Part shown: positions 47,908-58,746 of the stretch, piece by piece
Layout: each line of letters starts with the position of its first letter
How positions within the stretch are numbered: the first letter of the stretch is position 1
Assembly: GCA_051418015.1 (NCBI GenBank)
Contig: JBPRGF010000033.1
Coordinates: 224,001 to 288,000 of the forward strand
From: Candidatus Nitrospinota bacterium M3_3B_026
Lineage (GTDB): Bacteria > Nitrospinota_A > UBA7883 > JBPRGF01
Length of the DNA stretch: 64,000 nt
Direction of reading: 5' to 3'
The notes under the pieces: generated by a model
Seen by the model: the letters and a program-made list of their open reading frames with translations, nothing else
Told to the model about the DNA's origin: nothing
Database searches by the model: none
Translations under genes and position numbers: made by a program

Positions 47908-49062
47908 ATGAGAGACCGGCTCGAAGGCGAGAGGGGGGAGGAGGAAAACCTCTCCCCCTGCGCCAGCAGGAGCGGGATGTCGCGCGGCAGGGTCCACCGC
48001 GAGGAGGAGCATCCCTATCGCACGATATACATGCGCGACAGGGACAGGGTCATTCACAGCCAGGCCTTCAGGCGGTTGGAGTACAAGACACAGGTTTTCG
48101 TCTACCACGAGGGCGACCATTACCGCACGCGGCTGACCCATACCCTGGAGGTGGCCCAGATCGCCCGCTCCATGGCCAGAGCTTTGCGTCTCAACGAGGA
48201 CCTGTGTGAGGCGATAGCCCTGTCGCACGACATGGGCCACCCTCCCTTCGGCCATTCCGGCGAGAGGGCCCTGAACGATTTGATGACAGCCGACGGCGGG
48301 TTCGAGCACAACCTGCACACGCTCAGGATCGTCGATCATATAGAGCATCGCTACCCTGACTTCAGGGGCATCAACCTCTCCTGGGAGACCCGCGAGGCCA
48401 TCGCCAAACACTCCAAGTGGAAGGACCATCCCACGGTGCAGGAGTTCATGGACACCCCCAGCCCGTCGCTGGAGGCGCAGGTGGTGGACCTGGCCGACGC
48501 CATCGCCTACAACAGCCACGACCTCGACGACGGGCTGGAGTCCGGCCTGCTTGGCGTGGAGCAGCTTTGCAAAGCGTCGCTTTTCAAAAGGTTCTACACC
48601 TCCGCCGCCTCCAGCGCCAACATGACCAGAAAACTTGTCAACCATCACGTCATTCGCAAGGTCATAAACGCCCAGGTCGGCGATGCCGTGCGGCAGGCGG
48701 AGAACAACACGAAAAGGTTCAGGATCGCCTCTCCCGACGACGCGAGGGCGATCCCGGAGAAGGTGGCCGACTTCTCCGCCGACATGCGAAGGGAGCACAA
48801 CGAGCTGAAAAGCTTTTTGAGAGAGAACATGTACCAGCACTACCGCGTGATACGCATGGAGGAGAAGGCGTATAATGTGGTGAGCGACCTTTTCCGGGCC
48901 TATGACAACAGAAAGGAGTTGCTCCCCACCCATGTCCAGCGCCGGTTCGACGAAGAGGACAAGCGAAGACTGATATGCGACTACATCGCCGGAATGACGG
49001 ACAGGTTCGCCATGGAGGAGCACAGGAAGCTTTTCGACCCCATGGCCAAGGTCTGGCCGTGA
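47908..49062 (+). CDS. dgt: Deoxyguanosinetriphosphate triphosphohydrolase
   Basis: RDRDRVIHS.AFRRLEYKTQVF, RTRLTHTLEV, HDMGHPPFGH, ADAIAY..HDLDD, DYIAGMTD. Confidence 0.95.
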   Translation: MRDRLEGERGEEENLSPCASRSGMSRGRVHREEEHPYRTIYMRDRDRVIHSQAFRRLEYKTQVFVYHEGDHYRTRLTHTLEVAQIARSMARALRLNEDLCEAIALSHDMGHPPFGHSGERALNDLMTADGGFEHNLHTLRIVDHIEHRYPDFRGINLSWETREAIAKHSKWKDHPTVQEFMDTPSPSLEAQVVDLADAIAYNSHDLDDGLESGLLGVEQLCKASLFKRFYTSAASSANMTRKLVNHHVIRKVINAQVGDAVRQAENNTKRFRIASPDDARAIPEKVADFSADMRREHNELKSFLRENMYQHYRVIRMEEKAYNVVSDLFRAYDNRKELLPTHVQRRFDEEDKRRLICDYIAGMTDRFAMEEHRKLFDPMAKVWP

Positions 49063-49086
49063 CCCGCCCGATTTTTTCATGACGCC

Positions 49087-49326
49087 ATGACGGATGAAAA
49101 TGAACCGATAGAGCGAAAGCTCCTCGAGATACTGGAGGAGGCTATAGCCGAAGAGGCGGCGTCCGCCGACCGCTACCGGCGCGCCCTGAAATACGCCAGG
49201 GACGAGCAGGCCCGTTCTCTTCTGGAGCGGCTGGTGAAAGACGAACTCGCCCACGAGCAGGCGCTGAAGGAGCGTTATTACCAGATCAAGAAAAGGCTGG
49301 GCCTCAAGGTAATGAAGGATAAATGA
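49087..49326 (+). CDS. Small ferritin-like / rubrerythrin half-domain protein
   Basis: AIAEE....DRY ... L..DELAH. Confidence 0.75.
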   Translation: MTDENEPIERKLLEILEEAIAEEAASADRYRRALKYARDEQARSLLERLVKDELAHEQALKERYYQIKKRLGLKVMKDK

Positions 49327-49802
49327 CCGGCAGGGCCGAGGGTCCCGCGACCATCATAGGGGTGATCGGCGCCGGCGCCTGCGATGAGAAGACCGCCGCT
49401 GACGCCGAGAGGGTGGGGGAACTGATAGCCGAACGCGGCGCGGCGCTTGTACTCGGCGGCCTGGGCGGAGTGATGGAGGCCGCGGCCAGGGGGGCTTTCA
49501 ACAGGGGAGGGCTCACCATCGGCGTTCTGCCGGGAGACGACAGGACGGCCGCCAACCCATACATAAAAATCCCCATCGTCACGGGCATGGGGCACGCAAG
49601 GAACGTCATCATAGTACATACCGCCCAGGCGCTCGTGGCCGTGGCCGGTGAATACGGCACGCTCTCGGAGATCGCCGTGGCCCTGAAAACGGGCAAGCCG
49701 GTGGTGGCGCTTGGTGGATGGGGCGATATCCGGGGGGTCATCCCGGAGACGGAGCCGGAACGGGCCGTTGAGAAGGTTTTCAGCCTTGTCAGCCCGCGCT
49801 AG
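49323..49802 (+). CDS. LOG/TIGR00725 family Rossmann protein
   Basis: IGVIG, GG.GGVMEAAARGA, GVLPG, TGMGHARN, GEYGTLSEIA.AL. Confidence 0.9.
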   Translation: MTGRAEGPATIIGVIGAGACDEKTAADAERVGELIAERGAALVLGGLGGVMEAAARGAFNRGGLTIGVLPGDDRTAANPYIKIPIVTGMGHARNVIIVHTAQALVAVAGEYGTLSEIAVALKTGKPVVALGGWGDIRGVIPETEPERAVEKVFSLVSPR

Positions 49803-50523
49803 CCTTGCCGTCCGGATACTGCTCGCCGTATCGCTCGCGGCGGGGCTGTTCTCCTGCGCCCCCAGGGAGGCGATCAGGAAACATGTATACGAAAAACCAT
49901 CCTACGATGAAAAGACGGGTGAACGTTACCATGTCGTCAGGAAAGGGGAGACCCTGTACCGCATCGCCAGGCTCCACGGCGTCTCCGTCCAGGACCTCAT
50001 CAGCGAAAACGAGATCACAGACGCGCGGGACCTGAAGGTCGGGACAAGGCTCAAAATCCCTGAGCCGGACGAGGGGGCGGTAGCGGCGGCGCCCCCTTCA
50101 CGCAAGACCGCCAGGACGCACGTTCCGTCGAGGCGCGTAAGCGCGAAGTTCATCTGGCCCCTCAAAAAGTTCAGGGTATCCTCGAGGTTCGGCGTGCGCC
50201 ACTCCAGCAGGCACGATGGCATGGACCTGGCCGCGAGGAAGGGAACACCCATCCTGGCCGCCGCCGACGGCAGGGTTATCTTCTCCGGCTGGGGGCCCTC
50301 GGGCTATGGAAGGATCGTTATCATAAAGCACGACAGCGGAGCCATCACCGTCTACGCCCACAACGAAAAGAACCTCGTGAGCGAGGGGCAGCGCGTCTCG
50401 CGGGGGGAAAAAATAGCCACCGTCGGCCGCTCGGGGAGGGCCAGCGGTTACCACCTGCACTTCGAGTTGAGGATAAGCAGAAAACCCGTCGACCCGGAAA
50501 AGTATCTGCCGCCCCTTGGTTGA
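49768..50523 (+). CDS. LysM + M23 peptidase lipoprotein (NlpD-like); start uncertain
   Basis: Lipobox LFSC; LysM HVVRKGETLYRIA; HDGMD, YAHN, HLHFE. Confidence 0.9.
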   Translation: MRRFSALSARASLAVRILLAVSLAAGLFSCAPREAIRKHVYEKPSYDEKTGERYHVVRKGETLYRIARLHGVSVQDLISENEITDARDLKVGTRLKIPEPDEGAVAAAPPSRKTARTHVPSRRVSAKFIWPLKKFRVSSRFGVRHSSRHDGMDLAARKGTPILAAADGRVIFSGWGPSGYGRIVIIKHDSGAITVYAHNEKNLVSEGQRVSRGEKIATVGRSGRASGYHLHFELRISRKPVDPEKYLPPLG

Positions 50524-50550
50524 CGCCGCCCGCGCGCCTTGAAGCTCCTC

Positions 50551-50623
50551 TGGCCCCCTGAACTTGTTTCAGGGTCTCACGCCTTCGCGCCGATTCGAGG
50601 TGCTGAAATAAATTCAGCATGAC
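50551..50623. repeat. REP-like palindromic element (family A)
   Basis: CCCTGAACTTGTTTCAGGGTC...GTGCTGAAATAAATTCAGCATGAC; reverse-complement counterpart of 3530-3599. Confidence 0.8.
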
Positions 50624-50894
50624 ACAGTGTCGGGGGGCGCATTGGCCCCTCCGGCCGGAGTCCGCTCTCGAGCGAAGCGAAGGACCTCGGAAGGCGGCGG
50701 GTCCATTGGCCGGGAGCTTGGCGCCGGTCTTGACATTTAACGTGAAAATCAACAGAATCCTATCTTGCCGCCCGTCATCTGAAAGGCGCGGCGGTGGTAC
50801 GCGCTGGGAAGTTTAAGGGGGCGCGGCTTCCCTTCCTGTTCCGGAAGCCGCGGGCGGTCATTAAAAACTTGAATTGAAGGGCTTGGAGAGAGTT

Positions 50895-52820
50895 ATGGGA
50901 CTCAACCTCACGCAGAAGATACTGTCCGAACACCTGGTTGAAGGGGAGCTTGAGCCGGGGGAGAAGATTTCCATCAAGATAGACCAGACCCTGACCCAGG
51001 ACGCCACCGGGACCATGGCGTACCTTGAGTTCGAGGCGCTGCAGATACCGAGGGTCAAGACGAAAACGTCGGTCTCATACGTGGATCACAATACATTGCA
51101 GACCGATTTCAAGAACGCCGACGACCATCGCTACCTGCAGTCCGTCGCCGCCAAATACGGCATACACTTCTCCCGGCCCGGCAACGGCATCTGCCACCAG
51201 GTGCACCTTGAGCGGTTCGGCGTTCCGGGGCAGACTCTCCTGGGCTCGGACAGCCACACCCCCACCCAGGGCGGCCTGGGGATGATATCCATCGGCGCGG
51301 GCGGCCTGGACGTGGCCATGGCCATGGCCGGCAGGCCCTTCGAGCTTACATGCCCAAAGGTCCTGAACGTCCGGCTCGAGGGCAAGCTCCAGCCCTTCGT
51401 CTCCGCCAAGGACATCATCCTCGAGGTTTTGAGGAGGCTCTCCGTCAAGGGCGGCGTGGGCAAGGTCATAGAATACACAGGCCCCGCCCTGCGGACCCTG
51501 AGCGTCCCCGACCGGGCGACGATCACGAACATGGGCGCGGAACTCGGCGCGACCACGTCGGTCTTCCCGAGTGACAACAAGACCCGTGACTTTTTGAAAG
51601 CGCAGGGCAGGGCGAAGGACTGGCGGGAGCTGAAACCCGACAGAGACGCGAAGTATGATGAAACGATAACCATTAACCTCGACAAGCTCGTCCCGATGGT
51701 AGCCCAGCCGCACATGCCGGACAACGTGACGGAGGTCAGAAAGCTGAAGGGGATGAAGGTCACCCAGGTGGCCATCGGCTCCTGCACGAACTCGTCGTAC
51801 CGCGACCTGATGGTCGTCGCGAAGATGCTCAAGGGCCGGACTGTGGCCCCGGGGCTGTCGCTTTTCATCGCGCCCGGCTCAAAACAGGTCTACTCCATGA
51901 TCTCTGAAAACGGCGCGTTGAGCGATCTTATCGACGCCGGCGCCCGGGTGCTCGAGTCCGCCTGCGGGCCCTGCATCGGCATGGGGGCCGCCCCCAACAG
52001 CGAGGGGATATCCGTCCGCACGTTCAACAGGAACTTCAAGGGGCGCTCCGGCACCGCCGACGCCGGCATCTATTTGGTCAGCCCGGAGACGGCGGCCGCC
52101 TGCGCGCTGACGGGCAAGATGACGGACCCGCGCGGGCTCAAGCTCAAGCCGCCGCGGCTGGCCATGCCAAAGAAGTTCGACGTCAACGACAACATGATAA
52201 TCTTCCCGCTTTCGCCTGCCAGGGCCAGGAAGGTGGAGATAGAGCGGGGGCCGAACATAGCGCCGCTGCCGAAGTTCGACGCCCTCCCCAAGTCGCTGTC
52301 GGGCAAGGTGTTGCTCAAGACGGGCGACAACATAACCACCGATGACATTCTCCCCGCCGGGGCGAAGATACTGCCGCTGCGCTCCAACGTCCCGGAGATA
52401 TCCAAGTTCGTCTTCGAGCGGGTGGACACCTCTTTTTACGACAGGGCCATGTCCGAGAAGGGCGGCTTCATAATAGGCGGGGCCAACTACGGCCAGGGCT
52501 CCTCCCGCGAGCACGCGGCCATAGCGCCGAAGTACCTGGGCGTGAAGGCGGTGATAGCCAAGTCGTTCGCCCGCATCCACCAGGCGAATCTCATAAACTT
52601 CGGCATCCTGCCCCTGCTGTTCAAGAAAGCGTCCGACTATAACAGGATCGATCAGGGCGATGAACTCGAGATCGACACCTCGGACATAACGGGCAAGCTC
52701 GCGCTGCGGAACAAGACCAAAAAGATTGACATCCCCGTCACCCATGCGATGGGCCCGATGGACCTGGAGATCATCGCGGCGGGCGGCAAGCTCGGCTACG
52801 CGGCCAGGGCTGCCTCCTGA
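50895..52820 (+). CDS. Aconitate hydratase (short, mitochondrial-like type)
   Basis: QTLTQDATGT, YVDHN, GNGICHQV, GSDSHT, IGSCTNSS, CGPCIG, FNRNF.GR, DNITTD, NYGQGSSREHAA, SFARIH. Confidence 0.93.
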   Translation: MGLNLTQKILSEHLVEGELEPGEKISIKIDQTLTQDATGTMAYLEFEALQIPRVKTKTSVSYVDHNTLQTDFKNADDHRYLQSVAAKYGIHFSRPGNGICHQVHLERFGVPGQTLLGSDSHTPTQGGLGMISIGAGGLDVAMAMAGRPFELTCPKVLNVRLEGKLQPFVSAKDIILEVLRRLSVKGGVGKVIEYTGPALRTLSVPDRATITNMGAELGATTSVFPSDNKTRDFLKAQGRAKDWRELKPDRDAKYDETITINLDKLVPMVAQPHMPDNVTEVRKLKGMKVTQVAIGSCTNSSYRDLMVVAKMLKGRTVAPGLSLFIAPGSKQVYSMISENGALSDLIDAGARVLESACGPCIGMGAAPNSEGISVRTFNRNFKGRSGTADAGIYLVSPETAAACALTGKMTDPRGLKLKPPRLAMPKKFDVNDNMIIFPLSPARARKVEIERGPNIAPLPKFDALPKSLSGKVLLKTGDNITTDDILPAGAKILPLRSNVPEISKFVFERVDTSFYDRAMSEKGGFIIGGANYGQGSSREHAAIAPKYLGVKAVIAKSFARIHQANLINFGILPLLFKKASDYNRIDQGDELEIDTSDITGKLALRNKTKKIDIPVTHAMGPMDLEIIAAGGKLGYAARAAS

Positions 52821-52948
52821 CGGCCGGGGGCGGGCGCGGGCTGTTTGCTTCTGGAGCGCGGCTTAAGGAGCCCGGATAAACAGGCCCGGGCAGCCGGTGT
52901 TATTCTGATGAGCGTTCCAGAGAGTCATACCCTGCGGCGCGCCATGTT

Positions 52949-53023
52949 GTCATCCTGAACGGCGCCAGAGATCCATCTGCCGCAAGGGCGATACGAGATG
53001 CTTCGCCGTTGGCTCAGCATGAC
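52949..53023. repeat. REP-like palindromic element
   Basis: GTCATCCTGAAC...GAGATGCTTCG...CTCAGCATGAC; same GTCAT/ATGAC ends as other elements. Confidence 0.65.
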
Positions 53024-53223
53024 ACTTTCAAGGCGGCGAATGGGCTGCTTTCACCAGCCCCGCCCTCTCGCAAAGGGTTTTGCCCTGGCATGACGAAGGA
53101 GCGTCAACTCAACAAGCCGCGGGGAATATTTCCCGGTTCGCGCGGCTTTTTTGATATAAAGTTAGAGCCCGCCGCGGGTTTCGGGCGGACTCCTGTTGAA
53201 GATTTATTTAAAAGGGCGTGTTT

Positions 53224-54153
53224 ATGGCTAAGAAGAAAATCACGATCGTCGGCGCGGGGCACGTTGGGGCCACCTGCGCCCAGCTTATCGCTTACAAAAG
53301 ACTGGGTCACGTCACCCTGATAGACATAGTCGAGGGCGTGCCCCAGGGAAAGGCGTTAGACCTCATGGAGTCGTCCCCGCTGGAGGATTTCGACTCGAAG
53401 ATAATCGGGACCAACTCCTACGAGGATACGGCGGGATCGGACATCGTGGTTGTTACGGCCGGGCTCGCCCGCAAGCCTGGCATGAGCAGGGAGGACCTGC
53501 GGGACAAGAACGCCGAGATCATAAAATCCGTCAGCGAGCAGTTGATAAAACACTCGCCGGGCTGTTTCATGATAGTGGTTACAAACCCCCTGGACACGAT
53601 GGCCTGGGTGGCGAAAAAATACACAGGGCTGGACAGGAGCAGGATCCTCGGCATGGCCGGAGTGCTGGACTCGACGCGGTTCCGGTCGTTCATCGCGATG
53701 GAGCTCGGCGTCTCCAGCGAGGACGTCCATGCCACGGTCCTCGGCCTGCACGGCGACGACATGGTGCCGATGCCGAGATACTCGTCGGTGGCCGGCATAC
53801 CTGTCACCGAGCTTCTGCCAAAGGAAAAGATCGACGGGATGGTGGACAGGACCCGCAAGGGGGGAGGGGAGATAGTCTCGCTTCTCAAGACCGGCTCAGC
53901 CTACTACGCCCCGGCGTCGTCGGTGGTGAACATGGTCGAGTCCATCGTGCTGGACAAGAACAGGATCGTCCCCGCGGCCGCCTACCTGGAGGGCGAGTAC
54001 GGCATAGAAGGCGTTTTCATGGGCGTGCCGGTGAAGCTGAACTGGTCCGGGGTGGGAAAAGTCATGGAGCTGAAGCTGACCGGGGAAGAGAGCGCGGCCC
54101 TGCGAAAATCCGCCGAATCCGTTCGCGAGTCGATGGCCCAGCTTAAGGTCTGA
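53224..54153 (+). CDS. mdh: Malate dehydrogenase (LDH-like)
   Basis: [54 protein letters not shown]. Confidence 0.95.
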   Translation: MAKKKITIVGAGHVGATCAQLIAYKRLGHVTLIDIVEGVPQGKALDLMESSPLEDFDSKIIGTNSYEDTAGSDIVVVTAGLARKPGMSREDLRDKNAEIIKSVSEQLIKHSPGCFMIVVTNPLDTMAWVAKKYTGLDRSRILGMAGVLDSTRFRSFIAMELGVSSEDVHATVLGLHGDDMVPMPRYSSVAGIPVTELLPKEKIDGMVDRTRKGGGEIVSLLKTGSAYYAPASSVVNMVESIVLDKNRIVPAAAYLEGEYGIEGVFMGVPVKLNWSGVGKVMELKLTGEESAALRKSAESVRESMAQLKV

Positions 54154-54275
54154 AGCCCGTTTCCCATGCTTTCCCGCGCGCCGGAGAAGACGGCTCCTCG
54201 CGGCGGCTTCGCGCCCTCGTTGTGATAGACTGAGGCAACAATTCTTTATTCCGGTCATAGCGTCGGGGCCATATC

Positions 54276-56138
54276 ATGTATTCCGTCTTCAGCCTTGTCA
54301 ACGATCCCGTAATTGTAACGAACGGGAGGCTGAGGATCCTGGCGATAAACCCCGCCGCCCGGGTGTTCCTGGAGGTCGAGCCCGGCTGGCCAGGCGCGGG
54401 CATAAGCTGGCCGGATATCATAAGCCCCTTGCTTGAGGAGGGGTCGGAGGATCTTGAAGATATCTCCTCCCTGCTCAAGGGCCTGACGGAGCGTCACGGG
54501 GCCGCAACGCTCCGGATCGGCGGCCGCAGGCGGTTGATACGCTACAAGGCCGCGCTTGCCCCCCGGGGCCTGCCGGGGGGCGCGAAGTACGTGATAGTCC
54601 TGACCGACAGGACGCCGCGCGCTGGAGAAGGCGGGAAGCCAACGGTGGAGAAGGACTGGCTCGCCACGGCCATCGAGCACGCCGGTGAGGCCATCGTCAT
54701 CACCGACGTGGACGGAATAATACAATACGTTAATCCCGCCTTTGAGAAGATCACCGGCTACTCGCGGGATGAGGCTGTGGGGCGAAACCCAAGGATATTG
54801 AAAAGCGGCGTTCACCCGCCGGAGTTTTACGAGAAGATGTGGAAGACCATCACCTCCGGGAGGACCTGGAGCGGGGAGCTTGTGAACAGGCGCAAGGACG
54901 GCGCGCTCTATCACGACCAGGCCTCCATCGCCCCGGTCAAGAACGAGCAGGGGGGGATCGTAAGCTACGTGGCGGTGAAAAGGAACATATCCGACCGCAA
55001 GAGGGCCGAGGAGGCTCTCAGGGTGTCGGAGCAGAGAATCAGCGCGATCATAAACACGGTGGGGGAGGGGATCATCGTGATAGGCGCGGACTCCCGGATA
55101 CGCTTCGTGAACCAGGAGCTTCTTGAGATATTCGGCTACGGCGAAAGGGAGCTTGCGGGCCGCCAGGTGAAAACCCTGATGCCGGAGAAATACAGGGCCG
55201 CCCACGAGGCGGGGATGAAAAGATACCTCAACGGCGGCGCGCCGATAATCCTGGGCAGGCGCGTGGAGCTGGAGGGGCTTAGAAAAGACGGGACGGTGTT
55301 CCCGCTGGAGCTACGGGTGCAGGAGACGAAGACGCCGGACGGGGACAGGTTCTTCACCGCCGCGATCAGGGACATAACCGGGCGCAAGAGGATGGAGCGG
55401 GAGCTTCACGAAAAGGCGGAGAGCCTGCGGGAGATGGGCGCTTTCAAGGACAAGATGCTCTCCATCATCTCCCACGACCTGCGCTCGCCGCTGACGTCAG
55501 TCATCGGCCTGATGGAGCTTCTGCTCAAGCCGGGATCAGGCGAACTGACGGAGCGGCAGCGCAAGATCCTGAGCACGATGAAAAGCTCCGCCCTCCACCA
55601 GCTCAACCTCGTCGAGAATCTCGCGGAGCTTTCCCGTATACGCCGAAAGAAGATCAAGATAAGCCCCGCTCCCGTCCGGGTGGCGGACATCCTGAAAACC
55701 AGCGCGTCCATCCTCGGCCAGGCGGCCAGGGCCAAGGGGGTGGAGCTTGTCGAGGAGCCGGGCGTGGAGGCGTGGGTGGAGGTGGACAGGGAAAAGATAA
55801 TACAGGTCGTGAACAACCTGGTGAGCAACTCCGTGAAGTTCACGCGCAGGGGCGGCAGGATCACCCTCTCCAGCCGGATACATGAAGGCGAGGTGACCAT
55901 ACAGATCAGCGATACGGGGGTGGGGATAGAGCCTGAGCGGCTGGACAGGGTTTTCGATATCACCGAAGGCGCCTCCACGCCGGGCACCGACGGGGAAAGG
56001 GGCACTGGGCTTGGTCTTTCGATATGCCAGGAGATAATCCTGCTTCACGGTGGCGGGTTCGACATAGACTCGAAGCCGGGGGAGGGCACGACGGCCCGGC
56101 TCACCTTCAAGAGGGCTAAAAAGGGCGGAGCCCCCTGA
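54276..56138 (+). CDS. Cytoplasmic multi-PAS sensor histidine kinase
   Basis: Three PAS domains; third FixL-like LMPEKYRAAHEAGMKRYL..G; SHDLRSPL; NLVSNSVKF, DTGVGI, GTGLGL. Confidence 0.92.
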   Translation: MYSVFSLVNDPVIVTNGRLRILAINPAARVFLEVEPGWPGAGISWPDIISPLLEEGSEDLEDISSLLKGLTERHGAATLRIGGRRRLIRYKAALAPRGLPGGAKYVIVLTDRTPRAGEGGKPTVEKDWLATAIEHAGEAIVITDVDGIIQYVNPAFEKITGYSRDEAVGRNPRILKSGVHPPEFYEKMWKTITSGRTWSGELVNRRKDGALYHDQASIAPVKNEQGGIVSYVAVKRNISDRKRAEEALRVSEQRISAIINTVGEGIIVIGADSRIRFVNQELLEIFGYGERELAGRQVKTLMPEKYRAAHEAGMKRYLNGGAPIILGRRVELEGLRKDGTVFPLELRVQETKTPDGDRFFTAAIRDITGRKRMERELHEKAESLREMGAFKDKMLSIISHDLRSPLTSVIGLMELLLKPGSGELTERQRKILSTMKSSALHQLNLVENLAELSRIRRKKIKISPAPVRVADILKTSASILGQAARAKGVELVEEPGVEAWVEVDREKIIQVVNNLVSNSVKFTRRGGRITLSSRIHEGEVTIQISDTGVGIEPERLDRVFDITEGASTPGTDGERGTGLGLSICQEIILLHGGGFDIDSKPGEGTTARLTFKRAKKGGAP

Positions 56139-56162
56139 CTTCCGGAACCAGCAGCCCAGGCG

Positions 56163-57194
56163 CTATACGATGAGCATGGCGTCGCCGTAGGAGTAGAAGC
56201 GGTACCCCTTTGCCGCCGCCTCTTCGTAGGCCCTCAACACGGCCTCGCGCCCGGCGAAAGCGCAGACGAGTATCAGCAGGGTCGATTTTGGCAGGTGAAA
56301 ATTGGTCAGCAGCGCGTCCACGGCCCTGAACCGGCAGCCTGGGGCGATGAAAAGCGAAGTCTCCCCTGCGCCGGGCCTTATCCGCCCCTCCTCGTCCGCG
56401 GCGGACTCGAGCGCCCGCGTCACCGTGCTGCCGACGGCGACTATCCTTCCGCCCGCTTCCCTGGCCCGGTTTATGGAGTCCGCGGCCTGCTCTGAAATCT
56501 CGTAACACTCGGGGTCCATGACATGGTCTTCGATCCGCTCCGTCCTGACTGGCCGGAACGTGCCGGGGCCGACATGGAGGACGATCTTTTCGACGGCGCC
56601 GCCTTTGTCCTTGACGGCGGCCAGTATATTCTCCGTGAAGTGCAGACCCGCCGTCGGCGCGGCGCAGGAGCCTTGCGCCTCGGCGAAGATGGTCTGGTAT
56701 CTTTCCCTGTCCGTCTCGTCGGCGCGCCCCTCCGGCCTCCTGATGTAAGGGGGGAGGGGGACATCGCCGAAAGTTTTTATGATCCTGTCCGCCTCTCCGG
56801 CGGAAGAGAACCTCAGCGCGGCCATGCCATCACCGAGCTTTTTGGCCAGGACCACCAGCCCGTCGCCTATCGTCAACGCCTCGCCGGGCCTGGCTTTCCC
56901 CAGGCCCCGCGTCATCGCCGTCCATTCCGCGGGGCCGTCGCGCCTTGTGAGCAGTATTTCGACAGCGCCTCCGGTGGCGCGCCTGCCGGAGAGCCTCGCG
57001 GGAAACACCTTCGTGGTGTTTATCACCAGCGCGTCGCCTTCGCGCAGAAAATCGGGGAAACGTTCGAACCGGGAGTGAACCAGGTTGCCGCCGTCCCTTT
57101 CCATGACCATCAGCCTGCTTGCGCCACGCCTTTCCACGGGGCGCTGGGCGACAAGCTCCGGGGGCAGATGGTAGTCGAAGTCCTGTATGTTCAT
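56163..57194 (-). CDS. queA: SAM:tRNA ribosyltransferase-isomerase
   Basis: FDYHLP.ELVAQ.P, PLPPYI, YQT, AAPTAGLHF, LHVG.GTF.PV, TNFHLPKSTL, YRFYSYGDAM. Confidence 0.97.
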   Translation of the reverse strand: MNIQDFDYHLPPELVAQRPVERRGASRLMVMERDGGNLVHSRFERFPDFLREGDALVINTTKVFPARLSGRRATGGAVEILLTRRDGPAEWTAMTRGLGKARPGEALTIGDGLVVLAKKLGDGMAALRFSSAGEADRIIKTFGDVPLPPYIRRPEGRADETDRERYQTIFAEAQGSCAAPTAGLHFTENILAAVKDKGGAVEKIVLHVGPGTFRPVRTERIEDHVMDPECYEISEQAADSINRAREAGGRIVAVGSTVTRALESAADEEGRIRPGAGETSLFIAPGCRFRAVDALLTNFHLPKSTLLILVCAFAGREAVLRAYEEAAAKGYRFYSYGDAMLIV

Positions 57195-57222
57195 CGCGGA
57201 TTTTCCGGCGGGGATGGAAGGT

Positions 57223-58710
57223 CTATTTCCCGCCGTTTTTCGCCTTGTACTCGTTGAGCTTGTTGCGCAGCGTGCGGATGGAGACACCCAGCATCCTGGC
57301 CGCCTTCGTCCTGTTCCACCCCACCTCGTCGAGGGTGCGCATGATGAGCTTTTTTTCCATCTCGGCGACGGTGACGCCGGGGCGGGCCGCGTCGCCGGCC
57401 CGCCCGGCTTCCTGCGCCTGCGGCCCGATCATCAGGTCCTTCATCGTTATGTTGTCATCCATGGCCAGCAGAACGGCCCTCTCCATGACGTTTTCAATCT
57501 CCCTTATGTTGCCCCGCCATGCGCTGTTCTTCAGCGCTTCGAGCGCGTCGCCGTCTATGCCCGTGACGGACTTTCCCATCATGGCGTTATATTTGCCGAT
57601 GAAGTGGCGGACAAGAAGGGGGATGTCCTCCCTGCGCTCGCGCAGGGGTGGCAGAGTGAGGGGGATAACGTTCAGGCGGAAGTAGAGGTCCTCGCGAAAG
57701 GAGCCGTCCTCGACGGCTTTGACTATATCGCGGTTGGTCGTGGCGATGACGCGGATGTCCAGCGGGATCGGCTCACGCCCCCCCACGCGGTCTATCTCCC
57801 CCTCCTGCAGGACCCTCAGAAGCTTGGCCTGAAGCTGAGGCGCCATCTCCGTCACCTCGTCGAGGAGGATGGAACCATGGTCGGCCAGTTCGAACTTGCC
57901 GGTCTTGCGCGCCACGGCGCCGGTGAACGACCCCTTCTCGTGGCCGAAAAGCTCCGACTCAAGCAGAGTCTCCGGCAGCGCCGCGCAGTTGACGGCCACG
58001 AAAGGTTTCTCGCGCCTGTCGGAGGCCTCGTGTATGAACCTTGCGATAAGCTCTTTTCCCGTGCCGGACTCGCCGTGGATCAGCACCGTGGATCTGCTGG
58101 GGGCGACGCGCGCGGCTATGTCCAAGGCTGCTTTCATGGCCGGGTTTTCGGTTACGATAACCCGCCGCGCCTCTCTCCTGCGCTCGGAGACGCCGCGGCT
58201 GGGCTGGGCGACGCTTCCCTTGTTGAGCGAGGCGCCGTCCTCGAACAGGCGGCTCATGACCCCCTTCAGCCTCTCCGATGTGAAGGGCTTTGAGAGATAG
58301 TCCGCCGCGCCCTCCCTCATGGCGGCGACGGCGTCCTCCACGGAGCCGTGGGCGGCCATGAGAACGAAGGGGATGGCGGAGCCTTTCCGCTTCATCCTGT
58401 TTAAAAGCTCCATGCCGCCGGCCTTGGGCGTCCCGGCATCGCAGATTACAAGGTCAACGGAGCCTTTTTCCAAAACCCCGAAAGCCTCCTCGCCATCGGA
58501 TGCTGTAACGACGTTGTGCCCGGCGCGGGTCAGGACGTCCGCCAGGGCTATGCGTATCTCCTCCTCGCCGTCGGCGACCAGGATATTCTTCGGCTCGATG
58601 GCTCTCTCTCCCTTCCGTCTTTTCCTGTCATCCACCTTCTCCTCCGGGAGCGGTGGATTTTTAATGTCGCATGACGCCGCCTGATTGGTCAAATGACGAC
58701 ATTCATCCAT
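57223..58710 (-). CDS. sigma54-dependent response regulator, FleR/FlrC-like (start uncertain)
   Basis: REC domain; [55 protein letters not shown]. Confidence 0.88.
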   Translation of the reverse strand: MDECRHLTNQAASCDIKNPPLPEEKVDDRKRRKGERAIEPKNILVADGEEEIRIALADVLTRAGHNVVTASDGEEAFGVLEKGSVDLVICDAGTPKAGGMELLNRMKRKGSAIPFVLMAAHGSVEDAVAAMREGAADYLSKPFTSERLKGVMSRLFEDGASLNKGSVAQPSRGVSERRREARRVIVTENPAMKAALDIAARVAPSRSTVLIHGESGTGKELIARFIHEASDRREKPFVAVNCAALPETLLESELFGHEKGSFTGAVARKTGKFELADHGSILLDEVTEMAPQLQAKLLRVLQEGEIDRVGGREPIPLDIRVIATTNRDIVKAVEDGSFREDLYFRLNVIPLTLPPLRERREDIPLLVRHFIGKYNAMMGKSVTGIDGDALEALKNSAWRGNIREIENVMERAVLLAMDDNITMKDLMIGPQAQEAGRAGDAARPGVTVAEMEKKLIMRTLDEVGWNRTKAARMLGVSIRTLRNKLNEYKAKNGGK

Positions 58711-58746
58711 TATATGACAGGTCGTGGGATGGGCGGAGGGGTGTTG

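Noticed and set aside
50760..50860. Structured GC-rich leader before aconitase containing CTGGGAAG (cobalamin riboswitch-like)
   Set aside because: Other conserved cobalamin riboswitch elements are not recognisable.
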